A stretch of DNA of 64,000 bases from an uncultured bacterium (lineage in GTDB: Bacteria > Auribacterota > Erginobacteria > Erginobacterales > Erginobacteraceae), in the NCBI GenBank assembly GCA_963822585.1, contig CAWGIE010000019.1, forward strand, positions 192,001 to 256,000, given 5' to 3'. The first letter of the stretch is position 1, and each line of letters opens with the position of its first letter. The notes under the pieces are model-generated. The model searched no databases and was not told where the DNA came from. It saw nothing but the letters and a program-made list of their open reading frames with translations. Below are positions 1-9,284 of this stretch, piece after piece. Made by a program: the position numbers and the translations under genes.

Positions 1-24
1 GTGAAAAGGTTTTTCGAGTAAGCT

Positions 25-834
25 CTAGTTAGGGGCAGTTCCCTTCTCCAAAATTTCGAGGACAGCCCCCGCCCCCCTCTTGCCGGAAAGGAGCATGGAC
101 CCGAAAGTCGGCCCCATCCGGGGCAGCCCGTAGACCGTGCTCACCGCCATCCCCGTCACCACCAGACCGGGATAGGCTTCCCCGCTGTGCTCGACCACCA
201 GGTCTTCCGACTGCTCAACCCACATCGCCCCGAAACCCTTCATTTTTATCAACCCCCGCTCCTCCAGCTTGGCCGCCACGCAGGCGTCATGACCGGTGGC
301 GTCGATGACCATCCGGGACTCCAGGGCGATCGGGTCCACGCAGGTGATCTCCCGGGGGAGCGCGGTCACCGGCGTCCAGTTCACGACCGCGCCGGCCACC
401 CGTCCTTCCTCCCGGAGGACCAGGTCGTCGAAGATGGTCATGTTGGCGAATTTCACCCCGGCATCGCAGGCGCTGGCAATCAGTTTGGAGCAGGCATGCG
501 GCCCGTCGGCGACGTATAGGCCTTTGCGAACTTCGGAAAAGGGGACTCCCAGTTCCTCCAGGACCTTCTGACCGGGGGCGCGGATGGTCACTTTATTCAT
601 TAAATATCCCCCCAGCCAGAACCCTCCGCCGAGGTAGTTGTTCCTCTCCACGATCAACACTTTCAGCCCTTTCCGTCCTAGTTCCCGGCCGGCCATCAGA
701 CCGGAAGGACCGCCTCCGATGATCAGGCAGTCGCTCTCCACGTACTCGCAGAACTGCTTGCTGAACTCCTCGACGATTGCCCTCGTCACCTCTTTCTCCC
801 CGACCGGGGCAAATACCATTTTTTCCTTCGTCAT
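25..834 (-). CDS. thi4: Thi4-family thiazole synthase (Cys-type)
   Basis: GGGPSG dinucleotide-binding motif, [49 protein letters not shown] upstream. Confidence 0.93.
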   Translation of the reverse strand: MTKEKMVFAPVGEKEVTRAIVEEFSKQFCEYVESDCLIIGGGPSGLMAGRELGRKGLKVLIVERNNYLGGGFWLGGYLMNKVTIRAPGQKVLEELGVPFSEVRKGLYVADGPHACSKLIASACDAGVKFANMTIFDDLVLREEGRVAGAVVNWTPVTALPREITCVDPIALESRMVIDATGHDACVAAKLEERGLIKMKGFGAMWVEQSEDLVVEHSGEAYPGLVVTGMAVSTVYGLPRMGPTFGSMLLSGKRGAGAVLEILEKGTAPN

Positions 835-874
835 ACTATTCCTCCTATTGTTACTGGTGTTGGGTGTATTTGTT

Positions 875-1966
875 TTACGTGATCACTCGTTCGATCATTC
901 CTCCCCCCAGAAGACGGGCTCCCCGGTAGAAGGCAGCTCCCTGCCCGGGGGCAATCGCTTTCTGGGGTTGGTCAAACTCAACTTCCAGCCGATCCGGCGA
1001 AAGCGGACGAAGGCTTCCCCCGGCTTCCGGGTGTCGGGAACGGATCTTGATCACGGCGCGGAACTCATCTTTTTCGAAAGCCATTCCTATCCAATTGCAA
1101 TTTCTGACCACCATACGGGAGCAATAGGTTTCCTCTCTCCCTCCTACGTAAAGAGTATTGCTTCCCGGATCCAGTTTGAGCACATAAAGCGGTCCGGACG
1201 ACGAGAGTCCCAATCCCTTCCTCTGCCCGACCGTATAAAAGTGAAGACCGGCATGCGTCCCCAGTCTCCTTTCCTCGGTATCCAGGATTGGTCCGGGTGT
1301 ACATTTGCCGGGAGCGCTATTTTCTATCAATTCTGGATAACCGCCGGCGGGGGCAAAACAGATATCCTGGCTTTCCGGTTTATCGCTCACACTCAGCCCG
1401 CGTTGCCGGGCGATCCGCCGTATTTCCTGTTTGGTGAGATGGCCCAGGGGCCAGAGAATTCGGTCAATCAATTGAGCGTGCAAACCGATAAGAAAATACG
1501 TCTGATCTTTCTTTGAATCGGCCGCTTTGGCGATAAAGTGGCACCCCCTCTCGGGATCAAAACCGATCCGGGCATAGTGGCCGGTGGCAACATAATCGAA
1601 TCCCAGAAAGTCGGCTATTTTGATCAGTTGGGGAAATCGAACCCGGGCGTTACAACGAATACAGGGATTGGGTGTTTTCCCGGCCATATAGGTTCGGCAG
1701 AAATAATCAATCACCTCTCTCTTGAAATTCATCCGGCAGTTGATCACATGGAAGGCAATACTCAGTTGATCGGCGACCCGGTGGGCATCGACCATGCCTT
1801 CACTTCCGCATCGTTCACCGCTGTGCGCGCCCTGCCAGAAGTGAATACCTGTCACGTGATATCCCCCTTCCTGTAAAAGAAGAGCCGCCACCGAGCTGTC
1901 CACACCGCCGCTCATGGCGACCAGCACCTTCTCCCGTTGCCCGCATTTCTTTTTTTCCATAATCAT
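875..1966 (-). CDS. mnmA: tRNA 2-thiouridine(34) synthase MnmA
   Basis: [10 protein letters not shown]-loop, [44 protein letters not shown]. Confidence 0.95.
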   Translation of the reverse strand: MIMEKKKCGQREKVLVAMSGGVDSSVAALLLQEGGYHVTGIHFWQGAHSGERCGSEGMVDAHRVADQLSIAFHVINCRMNFKREVIDYFCRTYMAGKTPNPCIRCNARVRFPQLIKIADFLGFDYVATGHYARIGFDPERGCHFIAKAADSKKDQTYFLIGLHAQLIDRILWPLGHLTKQEIRRIARQRGLSVSDKPESQDICFAPAGGYPELIENSAPGKCTPGPILDTEERRLGTHAGLHFYTVGQRKGLGLSSSGPLYVLKLDPGSNTLYVGGREETYCSRMVVRNCNWIGMAFEKDEFRAVIKIRSRHPEAGGSLRPLSPDRLEVEFDQPQKAIAPGQGAAFYRGARLLGGGMIERVIT

Positions 1967-2060
1967 ATCAATGCGTCTATTGATCCATCACCGCGTTACT
2001 TTTGATTATAAAATATACTGTCCGGGGCCGCTGTTTTGCGAGGGCATCCTTTAACTCCTT

Positions 2061-2390
2061 TCAGATAGGAACGATAAAAATCCGGATCACTCCACCGCAC
2101 ATATGTCCTTCTTTTTTCAGCGGGTCATCAAGGAGGGTGAAAGGAAAGAGTACCGATTTCCCTTCTCTGATCACCTTCCGGGCCATTTGATAGACCGCGG
2201 CTTCCAGGCAGCCGCCCCCGACCGATCCCATAACGGATCCCGTCATCTCGCCGTCTTCTACAACCAGCATCTTTGCACCGGGCGCGGCCGGGGTGGATCC
2301 TTTGCATTCGATGACCGTTGCCAAGGCACCTTTCCGTCCCTGTCTTTTAAGCGCAACTATTTTTTGAAATATATCCTCTGTTCTCTTCAT
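2061..2390 (-). CDS. XdhC/CoxI-family N-terminal domain protein
   Basis: ATVI..KGSTP..PGAKMLV, GSVGGGCLE, CGG motif; 109 aa, no C-terminal Rossmann domain. Confidence 0.8.
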   Translation of the reverse strand: MKRTEDIFQKIVALKRQGRKGALATVIECKGSTPAAPGAKMLVVEDGEMTGSVMGSVGGGCLEAAVYQMARKVIREGKSVLFPFTLLDDPLKKEGHMCGGVIRIFIVPI

Positions 2391-2501
2391 GGAGGTGTAT
2401 CCTCGATCATCCTATGCAGCTGTCACCATATAATAATAAAGTTATATATCATTTGCAAATGATGTTTATATAATAATCCGGATTTTTTTTATTATTTATT
2501 C

Positions 2502-2530
2502 TTGACAGAGATTACCGGATATCCTATATT
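2502..2530 (+). promoter_or_regulatory. sigma70 promoter of the sulfur operon
   Basis: TTGACA (2502-2507), 17 bp, TATATT (2525-2530). Confidence 0.75.
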
Positions 2531-2560
2531 TCACCATAATGATAAACATAGTGATGTATA
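2531..2560. promoter_or_regulatory. candidate Rrf2 operator, copy 1
   Basis: TCACCATAATGATAAACATAGTGATGTATA; 23/30 identical to 3011-3040; directly after the -10. Confidence 0.6.
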
Positions 2561-2569
2561 GTTCCGCTC

Positions 2570-2992
2570 ATGAGGATTTCAGCAAAATGTGATTACGCCT
2601 GCCGGGCGTTATTGGCATTATCGATGCGTTGGCCCGCTGATGAACCGGTGCGCATCCAAGATCTGTCTGAAGATCAGGGTATCCCGCCGAGGTACCTGGT
2701 CCAGATACTTATTCAATTACGGCAACTGGGACTGGTAAAAAGTATCCGGGGTAAAAACGGAGGGTATATCCTTGCCCGGCCGCCGAAGCAAATAGTCCTG
2801 GGCAAGGTTATCCAAGGTATCGGCGGACCGTTGGTGCCGGTGGCCGATACCTCCGGCCGGGAGGATACCGTCTTCGCGGATATCTGGGAAGAGGTGGAAA
2901 AGGCAATCGCCGATATTCTGGGCAGGATCACGTTTGAAGATATCTGCAATCGGGCTCGGGGTCTGAAGAATGTTCTGATATATCAGATATAA
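2570..2992 (+). CDS. Rrf2-family transcriptional regulator (CymR-like, no Fe-S Cys triad)
   Basis: DYA.RAL, YLVQIL.QL..GLVKSIRGKNGGY.LA; heads the sulfur-assimilation operon. Confidence 0.9.
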   Translation: MRISAKCDYACRALLALSMRWPADEPVRIQDLSEDQGIPPRYLVQILIQLRQLGLVKSIRGKNGGYILARPPKQIVLGKVIQGIGGPLVPVADTSGREDTVFADIWEEVEKAIADILGRITFEDICNRARGLKNVLIYQI

Positions 2993-3010
2993 TTTTTTTA
3001 TTTCATTACA

Positions 3011-3040
3011 TCACTAAATAGATAAACATAGTCATATACA
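3011..3040. promoter_or_regulatory. candidate Rrf2 operator, copy 2
   Basis: TCACTAAATAGATAAACATAGTCATATACA upstream of cysH. Confidence 0.6.
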
Positions 3041-3083
3041 ACTCGGCACTCGAGAGAGATCACACCTAAGCGGAGGAGAAAAC

Positions 3084-3815
3084 ATGAGTATGGATTTACT
3101 GGAGAGAGATCAGACTATACAGGACCTTGTTGACGGTCTTAATTACAAAGAGAAAGTCGATCGGGCCCTCAGACTTATCCGGGAAGCCCATGAAATACAC
3201 GGCGACGGCCTGGTCGTGGCGAACAGCCTGGGAAAAGATTCCTTATGCGTCTGGGATCTGGCCAAAAAAGCGGTTCCCCGGATCCGCGGTTTTATCGTCA
3301 CCACCCGGTATAAACCAAAAGAGACCGCCCAGTTTATGGACGAGATCGTCTCCCGGTACCCCGAACTGAGTATCTTCAAGAACGACGTGGAGATCCCCGA
3401 CTGCCTGTACCAGACCGACCCCGATCGCTGCTGCGATCTATTAAAGGTTGAGCCGACCAGGCAGGCGATCGAGGAGATGAACGTCACCTGCTGGGTAACG
3501 GGACTGCGCTGCACCGAAGGAAGAACCCGCACGGATTTCCAGGAAATCGAAGAACGCGATATAGGATTGATAAAACTGAATCCGATCCTGATCTGGAAGG
3601 AACGGGAGGTCTGGCAGTACCTGGCCCTCAACGGGGTCCCGGTAAATCCCCTCTACGCCCAGGGGTACCGGTCGTTAGGCTGCGCGCCCTGCACCCGGAT
3701 CTCGGTGGCGGAGGATGAACGGGCCGGCCGCTGGGTGGGTACCAGTAAGTGCGGCGGCGAGTGTGGCATCCACACCCGGCCCTTGAAAATGTTCGGAGAT
3801 GGCGGGGGAATTTAA
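3084..3815 (+). CDS. cysH: APS/PAPS reductase ([4Fe-4S] APS-reductase type)
   Basis: SLGKDS, CC..LKVEP, GYRSLGCAPCT, ERAGRW, ECGIH. Confidence 0.9.
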   Translation: MSMDLLERDQTIQDLVDGLNYKEKVDRALRLIREAHEIHGDGLVVANSLGKDSLCVWDLAKKAVPRIRGFIVTTRYKPKETAQFMDEIVSRYPELSIFKNDVEIPDCLYQTDPDRCCDLLKVEPTRQAIEEMNVTCWVTGLRCTEGRTRTDFQEIEERDIGLIKLNPILIWKEREVWQYLALNGVPVNPLYAQGYRSLGCAPCTRISVAEDERAGRWVGTSKCGGECGIHTRPLKMFGDGGGI

Positions 3816-4783
3816 TGATATATGTCCTGATTATTCTGTTCTCAATCATCTTCGCTCTCAACCTGGGAGCAGGTAATTTTGCCGTCAGCTTCGTCGCGGC
3901 GCGGGGGGGACGGGTCCTCTCCCCTCTCAAGGCCGCGGGCCTCTTCATCATCTTTTCCTTCCTGGGGGCGGTCAGCCTGGGCCAGCCGGTCACCCGGACC
4001 TTGAGCGGGGAGATCCTGGCCCCCCGGTCGATCGATCTCGGAGTCTGCCTGGTCATTTTGATCGCGGCCAGCAGCTGCCTCCTGGTGGCCAACCGCCTCC
4101 ACCTCCCCCAGTCAACCAGCATGGTGACGGTAGGAGCGATGACCGGAGCGGGTCTGTATCTGGGAAAGGTCAACTTCACCGTCTTCGTTTACCTGGTCCC
4201 CTATTGGATTCTTCTCCCGATAGCGGGCTTCTTCCTGACCCGGTCTCTGGGCCGATTGATCTATCCTCCCCGGCGGAAAAATTTCTGGATCTATGAAAAG
4301 GTGGTCTCTCACCGGAAGCGCTTGAGGGGCTTCGTCATACTGGCCAGTTGCTACAACGCTTTCGCCTGCGGGACCAACAACGTGGCCAACGCGGTGGGGC
4401 CGCTGGCGGGAGCGGGGATCGTCTCCTCCACGCTCGGCCTCGCCCTGCTGGCCCCGGTTTTCGGCCTGGGCGCGCTCGTCTTTCCGGGCACCTTGAAATC
4501 CGCCGCCGAAAAGATCGTCCCCCTGGGGCTGTTGACCGCCACGCTTCTCTGCCTGGTCAGCGGCACGCTGATGCTCCTCTCTTCCAGCCTGGGCATCCCC
4601 CAGTCCTTCGTCATGGTCAAGATGGCCTCCCTCTTCGCGATCGGCAGCCTGAAGGACGAGCACCGGCCGACATGGAAAAACCCCCAGATCGCGAAAACCT
4701 CTCTGGCCTGGGTGGTTACACCGGTCACCGCCACCACCTTTTCATATCTATTGATCGGAGTGCTGCATGCTGCAACTGCTTGA
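3815..4783 (+). CDS. PiT-family anion permease, probably CysP-like sulfate permease
   Basis: Hydrophobic; GAGNFA and GTNNVANA PiT signatures, PQSTS; TAATG coupling to cysH. Confidence 0.8.
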   Translation: MIYVLIILFSIIFALNLGAGNFAVSFVAARGGRVLSPLKAAGLFIIFSFLGAVSLGQPVTRTLSGEILAPRSIDLGVCLVILIAASSCLLVANRLHLPQSTSMVTVGAMTGAGLYLGKVNFTVFVYLVPYWILLPIAGFFLTRSLGRLIYPPRRKNFWIYEKVVSHRKRLRGFVILASCYNAFACGTNNVANAVGPLAGAGIVSSTLGLALLAPVFGLGALVFPGTLKSAAEKIVPLGLLTATLLCLVSGTLMLLSSSLGIPQSFVMVKMASLFAIGSLKDEHRPTWKNPQIAKTSLAWVVTPVTATTFSYLLIGVLHAATA

Positions 4784-5165
4784 AAAAATGGTCCTGAAAA
4801 TGATCGAGCACGCCCGGCAGGAAGCTCCGCGGGAAGCGTGCGGGATTCTGGCCGGCCGGGAAGGGCGGGCGGAAAGGTTTTATCCCATGGACAACACCGA
4901 CCGTAGCCCCACCACCTATTTCATGGATCCGGCGGAGCAGCTGAAGGTGATGAAAGAGATACGAGACCTGAACCTGGAGATGGTGGGAATCTGCCATTCC
5001 CACCCCGCGACCCCGGCATATCCATCCGCCCGGGACGTGGAGTTGGCCTTCTTCCCGGAAGCGTCCTACGTGATCGTCTCCCTCGGGGAACAGACCGGGC
5101 CGGTGGTGCGTTCCTTCCGGATTGACGACGGTATCGTTAGTGAAGAGGAGCTTGTCATCAAATGA
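4767..5165 (+). CDS. JAMM/Mov34 (M67) metallopeptidase, HcyD/Mec-like
   Basis: EACGILAG and HSHP...PSARD JAMM motif. Confidence 0.9.
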   Translation: MLQLLEKMVLKMIEHARQEAPREACGILAGREGRAERFYPMDNTDRSPTTYFMDPAEQLKVMKEIRDLNLEMVGICHSHPATPAYPSARDVELAFFPEASYVIVSLGEQTGPVVRSFRIDDGIVSEEELVIK

Positions 5166-6190
5166 CGTTCATCGTCGTGGGAATCAATCATAACCATAGC
5201 CCTCTTTCGATCAGGGAACGGCTTTCTTTTTCGCGCCGGAAAACGGAGGAGGCATTGAGCCTCGCCTCCACCCGGCCGGGGATCGCGGGAGCGGTCATCC
5301 TCTCCACCTGTAACCGGGTGGAGATATATGGAGAGGTGAACGATGCGGCGAGGGGTCTCGAAATCCTGGAGGACTTTCTCTTCACGGCCCGAAGTGCGGA
5401 CCCCTCCGTTTTTCTCCCCTATCTCTATCGGTATGGGAATAAGGACGCGGTCAGACATCTATTTGCCGTCACTGCCGGACTGGATTCTCAGATCCCGGGA
5501 GAGAGGCAGATCGGGGAGCAGGTACGATCGGCCTTCATCCAGGCGGATGGGGCCTCCGCGCTGACCGAGAAGATGAGAATACTGTTTCTCCGGGCTCTGG
5601 AGGTGGGGAAGAGAGTCAGACGGGAGACGGGGGTCTCGGAAGGCAATGTTTCTTTCGGAAGTCTGACCCGGCGGCTGGTCAGGGAAGTCCTGGGTGAGCT
5701 TAATGAACGGACGGTGGTCATTATCGGGACGGGCAAGATGGCCCTTCTGGTCGGCACCTACCTGGCACAGGAAGGAGCGAGGATAGTGCTGGTTTCAAAT
5801 CGCAATTATCCGAAGGCGGCCCGGATGGCCCGGGAGGTGGGAGGCAGGGCAGGCGGTTTTTCGGAGTTGGGCCGTTTTATCAGGCAGGCCGACGCAGTAA
5901 TCAGCGCCACCGCCAGCCCGCACCTGATCGTGGGAATTGAAGATCTGACAGGAGCAAAGAAGCCTCTCTTAATCGTCGACCTGGCTGTTCCCCGGGACGT
6001 GGATCCGGCCGTGGGGGGACTGCCGGGGGTGACGCTGTTCAATCTGGACGGTCTGAGCAGGATTATGAAAGAGAACCTTGGCCGGAGAAGGCGGGAGGCG
6101 CGCCGGGCCGAAGAAATTATAGAAAGAGAAACGGAGCTGATATGGAGAGAGTTATTACAATCGGAACCCGTTGTAGCCGCCTGGCATTGA
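5162..6190 (+). CDS. hemA: glutamyl-tRNA reductase (short form)
   Basis: VGINH, LSTCNRVE, GLDSQIPGE.QI..QV, GTGKM, DLAVPRDVD. Confidence 0.92.
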   Translation: MTFIVVGINHNHSPLSIRERLSFSRRKTEEALSLASTRPGIAGAVILSTCNRVEIYGEVNDAARGLEILEDFLFTARSADPSVFLPYLYRYGNKDAVRHLFAVTAGLDSQIPGERQIGEQVRSAFIQADGASALTEKMRILFLRALEVGKRVRRETGVSEGNVSFGSLTRRLVREVLGELNERTVVIIGTGKMALLVGTYLAQEGARIVLVSNRNYPKAARMAREVGGRAGGFSELGRFIRQADAVISATASPHLIVGIEDLTGAKKPLLIVDLAVPRDVDPAVGGLPGVTLFNLDGLSRIMKENLGRRRREARRAEEIIERETELIWRELLQSEPVVAAWH

Positions 6191-6829
6191 GTCAGATCGG
6201 GGAAATCATCCAGACGATGACAAAGCGTTACCCCGAAATCAAGGTCGAGGTGGTCAGCTTTAAAACCAGCGGTGACCGGGATAAGGCGACCCCTTTGGCC
6301 GATGTGGAGCGGACCGATTTCTTCACTGATGAGATCGACCGGGCCCTGCTGGAGGGGCGAATAGATTGCGCGATCCACAGCGCCAAGGACCTGCCGGCAC
6401 CGCTGACGAACGGACTGGCCGTGGCGGCCCTGACCGCGTCCATCGACCCGGATGAAATCCTGGTTTCCCGGGCGGGGCTGCTGCTTGACGGCCTTCCCCG
6501 GGGCGCCACGATCGGGACCAGCAGCCTTCGCCGGAAAACGCAGCTGAAAATGTTCCGGCCCGATCTTAATAGTGTGGACATCCGGGGGAATATCGAGGAG
6601 CGGCTGGAATTGCTGGATGCCCGCGGATAGTCCCCTCGACGGAATCGTCATCGCGGCGGCCGGCTTGATACGACTGGGTCTGGAGGATCGGATTACCCAG
6701 AGAATTCCGGCCGATATTATTCAGCCCCATCCGTTGCAGGGCTCTCTGGCGGTAGTAGCGCGGGAGGGCGACGGAGCGATGCTGGAGCTGTTTTCGGGAC
6801 TGGGACATTACCCGACATCTTATGCATAA
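6142..6829 (+). CDS. hemC: hydroxymethylbilane synthase, one-base frameshift near 6620, lacks C-terminal domain
   Basis: IGTR.SRLALSQ, TSGD, HSAKD, GTSSLRR, RGNIEERL in one frame, continuing as DGIVIAAAGLIRLG..QGSLA in the +1 frame. Confidence 0.85.
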
Positions 6830-6867
6830 CGACAAACGATCATAACCACGAAGAACAGAGCACAGCG

Positions 6868-8268
6868 ATGACAACAGGAAAGGTATATATCGTTGGAGCC
6901 GGGCCGGGGAAACCGGACCTGATCACCGTCCGGGGGCTGCGGATACTCCGGGAGGCGGACGTGGTCGTTTACGACTACCTGGTTGACGCGCGGCTGCTGG
7001 AGGAAGCAAAGCAGGGGTCGGAATGCATCTGTGCCGACAACCTGCGGAAGAAGGGTAAGCACGGTTCCCCGATTCGTATTGAGGGATTAAACCGGCTGGT
7101 CGTTGAGAAGGCTCATACGGGCAGGAAGGTCGTACGGCTGAAGAACGGCGACCCATCCCTTTTCAGTCGCGGCGCGCAGGAACTGGAAGCACTGGTAAAA
7201 AACAGGGTGGAATTTGAAATCGTTCCCGGGGTGACGGCCGCCAGTGCCGCCGCGGCTTTTACCGGGGTTCCCCTCACCGACAGAAATACCTCTTCCTGCG
7301 TGGTCCTGGTGACCGGACATGAGTCTCCGGGCACGGGGGGGGGCCTCATCGACTGGGAAAGAATAACCGCCTGCTCCACAATCGCTCTCTATATGGCTGT
7401 CGGGCACCTTGCCCAGACAGTGGACAAACTACTTGTAGCCGGTAAACCTCCTTCAACCCCGGTGGTGGCGGTTTCCCGGGCGGGAGATTTGAACCAGAAG
7501 GTGGTGCGGGCACGATTACAGGATATTGCCGCGAAAGCGAAAAAGGCGGGGATCTCATCCCCGGCGATTGTCATTGTCGGCCCCACGGCGAAGCTGGAGC
7601 GAAACTATAACTGGCTAAAAACCAATAAGCGGATCTTGTTTACCGGGCTTTCACCGGAGAGGTTTTTTCTCCCCGGAACCTATTTTCATCTGCCGCTGAT
7701 CAAGATAGAACCGATCGATAATTACGATGAGTTTGACGGTTATCTGAAAGCGATCGGCCTCTTCGACTGGATAGTATTCACCAGCCGCTACGGGGCTGAA
7801 TATTTTTTCAGACGGCTGAATTGGCTTGGTTTTGACACCCGCCGGGTTGCCGGAAATAAGATTGCCGCCATCGGCGACTCAACGGAGAAGAAGCTGCTTG
7901 AATTCGGAATCATCCCGGATCTGGTTCCCCGGGAAGAAAGCAGCCGGGGATTAATCAAGAAGTTTCAAGACGTTGATCTGCGGGGGAAACGAATATTTTT
8001 ACCGCGTTCGGATATATCCGATAAAGGGCTGGAGAAAGCGTTAGAGAAACAGGGAGCAAAAGTAACCGGCGGCATCGCTTACCGCAACGTGATGCCCGAG
8101 AACCTGCCGGATCTGGACTTGAATTACTTCAACGAAATTCTATTCACCAGTCCCTCTACGGTCAGGAATTTCATAAAACGATATCGATCCCTTCCCGCGG
8201 CCGTCAAAGCCAGGTGCATCGGAGAAGTGACCCGGAAGGAGGTAAAAAGATGGCACCTGCTGAATTGA
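6868..8268 (+). CDS. cobA-hemD: uroporphyrinogen-III C-methyltransferase / uroporphyrinogen-III synthase fusion
   Basis: VGAGPG..DLITVRG, RLKNGDP, VPGVTA; C-terminal HemD motifs WIVFTS, AIG..T, FTSPSTV. Confidence 0.92.
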   Translation: MTTGKVYIVGAGPGKPDLITVRGLRILREADVVVYDYLVDARLLEEAKQGSECICADNLRKKGKHGSPIRIEGLNRLVVEKAHTGRKVVRLKNGDPSLFSRGAQELEALVKNRVEFEIVPGVTAASAAAAFTGVPLTDRNTSSCVVLVTGHESPGTGGGLIDWERITACSTIALYMAVGHLAQTVDKLLVAGKPPSTPVVAVSRAGDLNQKVVRARLQDIAAKAKKAGISSPAIVIVGPTAKLERNYNWLKTNKRILFTGLSPERFFLPGTYFHLPLIKIEPIDNYDEFDGYLKAIGLFDWIVFTSRYGAEYFFRRLNWLGFDTRRVAGNKIAAIGDSTEKKLLEFGIIPDLVPREESSRGLIKKFQDVDLRGKRIFLPRSDISDKGLEKALEKQGAKVTGGIAYRNVMPENLPDLDLNYFNEILFTSPSTVRNFIKRYRSLPAAVKARCIGEVTRKEVKRWHLLN

Positions 8269-9284
8269 GCCGATTACGGAGAAAGAAGGTGATCAGAAAC
8301 TGGGTGAGCCAAACCAATCTTCTGCCCCGTGATTTAATTATGCCCTATTTTGTAGTCGAAGGTGGGGACGTCAAGGATCCGGTCAAGTCGATGCCGGGTG
8401 TCTACCGTCTGTCGATCGACAATCTGCTGAGACACATTACCGGAGCACACGCGGAGGGGATACGCTCGGTCCTTTTATTCGGCATTCCGCACTCCCGGGA
8501 TGAAACCGGGTCCGCGGCGCACGAAGAAAATGGAGTGGTTCAAAAAGCGGTGAGGGCGATACGGAAAGAGTTCCCCGGTTGTGACGAAGGGGGTCTGATC
8601 GTGATAACCGATGTCTGTCTCTGTGGTTATACGACACACGGCCATTGCGGCATTATCAGAAGACAGAAGACGAAGAACGGAAGACGAAGGGAAGAAAAGA
8701 ACCCCTCATCTTTATCTATCGATCCTGATGCCACCCTGCCGGTATTGGCCGGGATTGCGCTGTCCCACGCGGCCGCCGGCGCCGATTTCGTGGCCCCATC
8801 GGCGATGATGGATGGCCAGGCGAAGGCGATCAGAGAGACATTGGACGCGAACGGGTATAACGACGCTGGAATCCTTGCCTACTCGGCCAAATTCGCCTCG
8901 AACTTCTATGGGCCATTCCGGGAAGCGCTGGGTTCCGCTCCCCGTTTCGGAGACCGGAAAAGTTACCAGCTGGACTATCGGAATGCTGATGAGGCATTAC
9001 GGGAGATTCAAGCGGACATCGACGAGGGCGCGGATATAGTCATGGTTAAGCCGGCTTTAGCTTATCTGGATATTATTTATCGCGCTCACGAAACATTCCG
9101 GGCGCCGATCGCAGCTTACAGTGTGAGCGGCGAATACAGCCTGATCAAAAATTTAAGCCGTGAAGATGACGTGAAGGAAAAGGCTCTGGTCCTGGAAGTC
9201 CTGACCTCGATCAAACGGGCCGGGGCGGACCTGATTATCACCTATCACGCGCAGGAGGCGGCCCGATGGCTGCGGCAGGAATAA
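8250..9284 (+). CDS. hemB: porphobilinogen synthase
   Basis: DVCLCGYTTHGHCG, APSAMMDG, AKFAS.FYGPFREA, MVKPAL.YLD; SD AGGAGG before ATG 8250. Confidence 0.95.
   Translation: MAPAELSRLRRKKVIRNWVSQTNLLPRDLIMPYFVVEGGDVKDPVKSMPGVYRLSIDNLLRHITGAHAEGIRSVLLFGIPHSRDETGSAAHEENGVVQKAVRAIRKEFPGCDEGGLIVITDVCLCGYTTHGHCGIIRRQKTKNGRRREEKNPSSLSIDPDATLPVLAGIALSHAAAGADFVAPSAMMDGQAKAIRETLDANGYNDAGILAYSAKFASNFYGPFREALGSAPRFGDRKSYQLDYRNADEALREIQADIDEGADIVMVKPALAYLDIIYRAHETFRAPIAAYSVSGEYSLIKNLSREDDVKEKALVLEVLTSIKRAGADLIITYHAQEAARWLRQE

Noticed and set aside
835..874. TPP riboswitch before thi4
   Set aside because: There are only 40 bp of intergenic space and no TPP aptamer motif.
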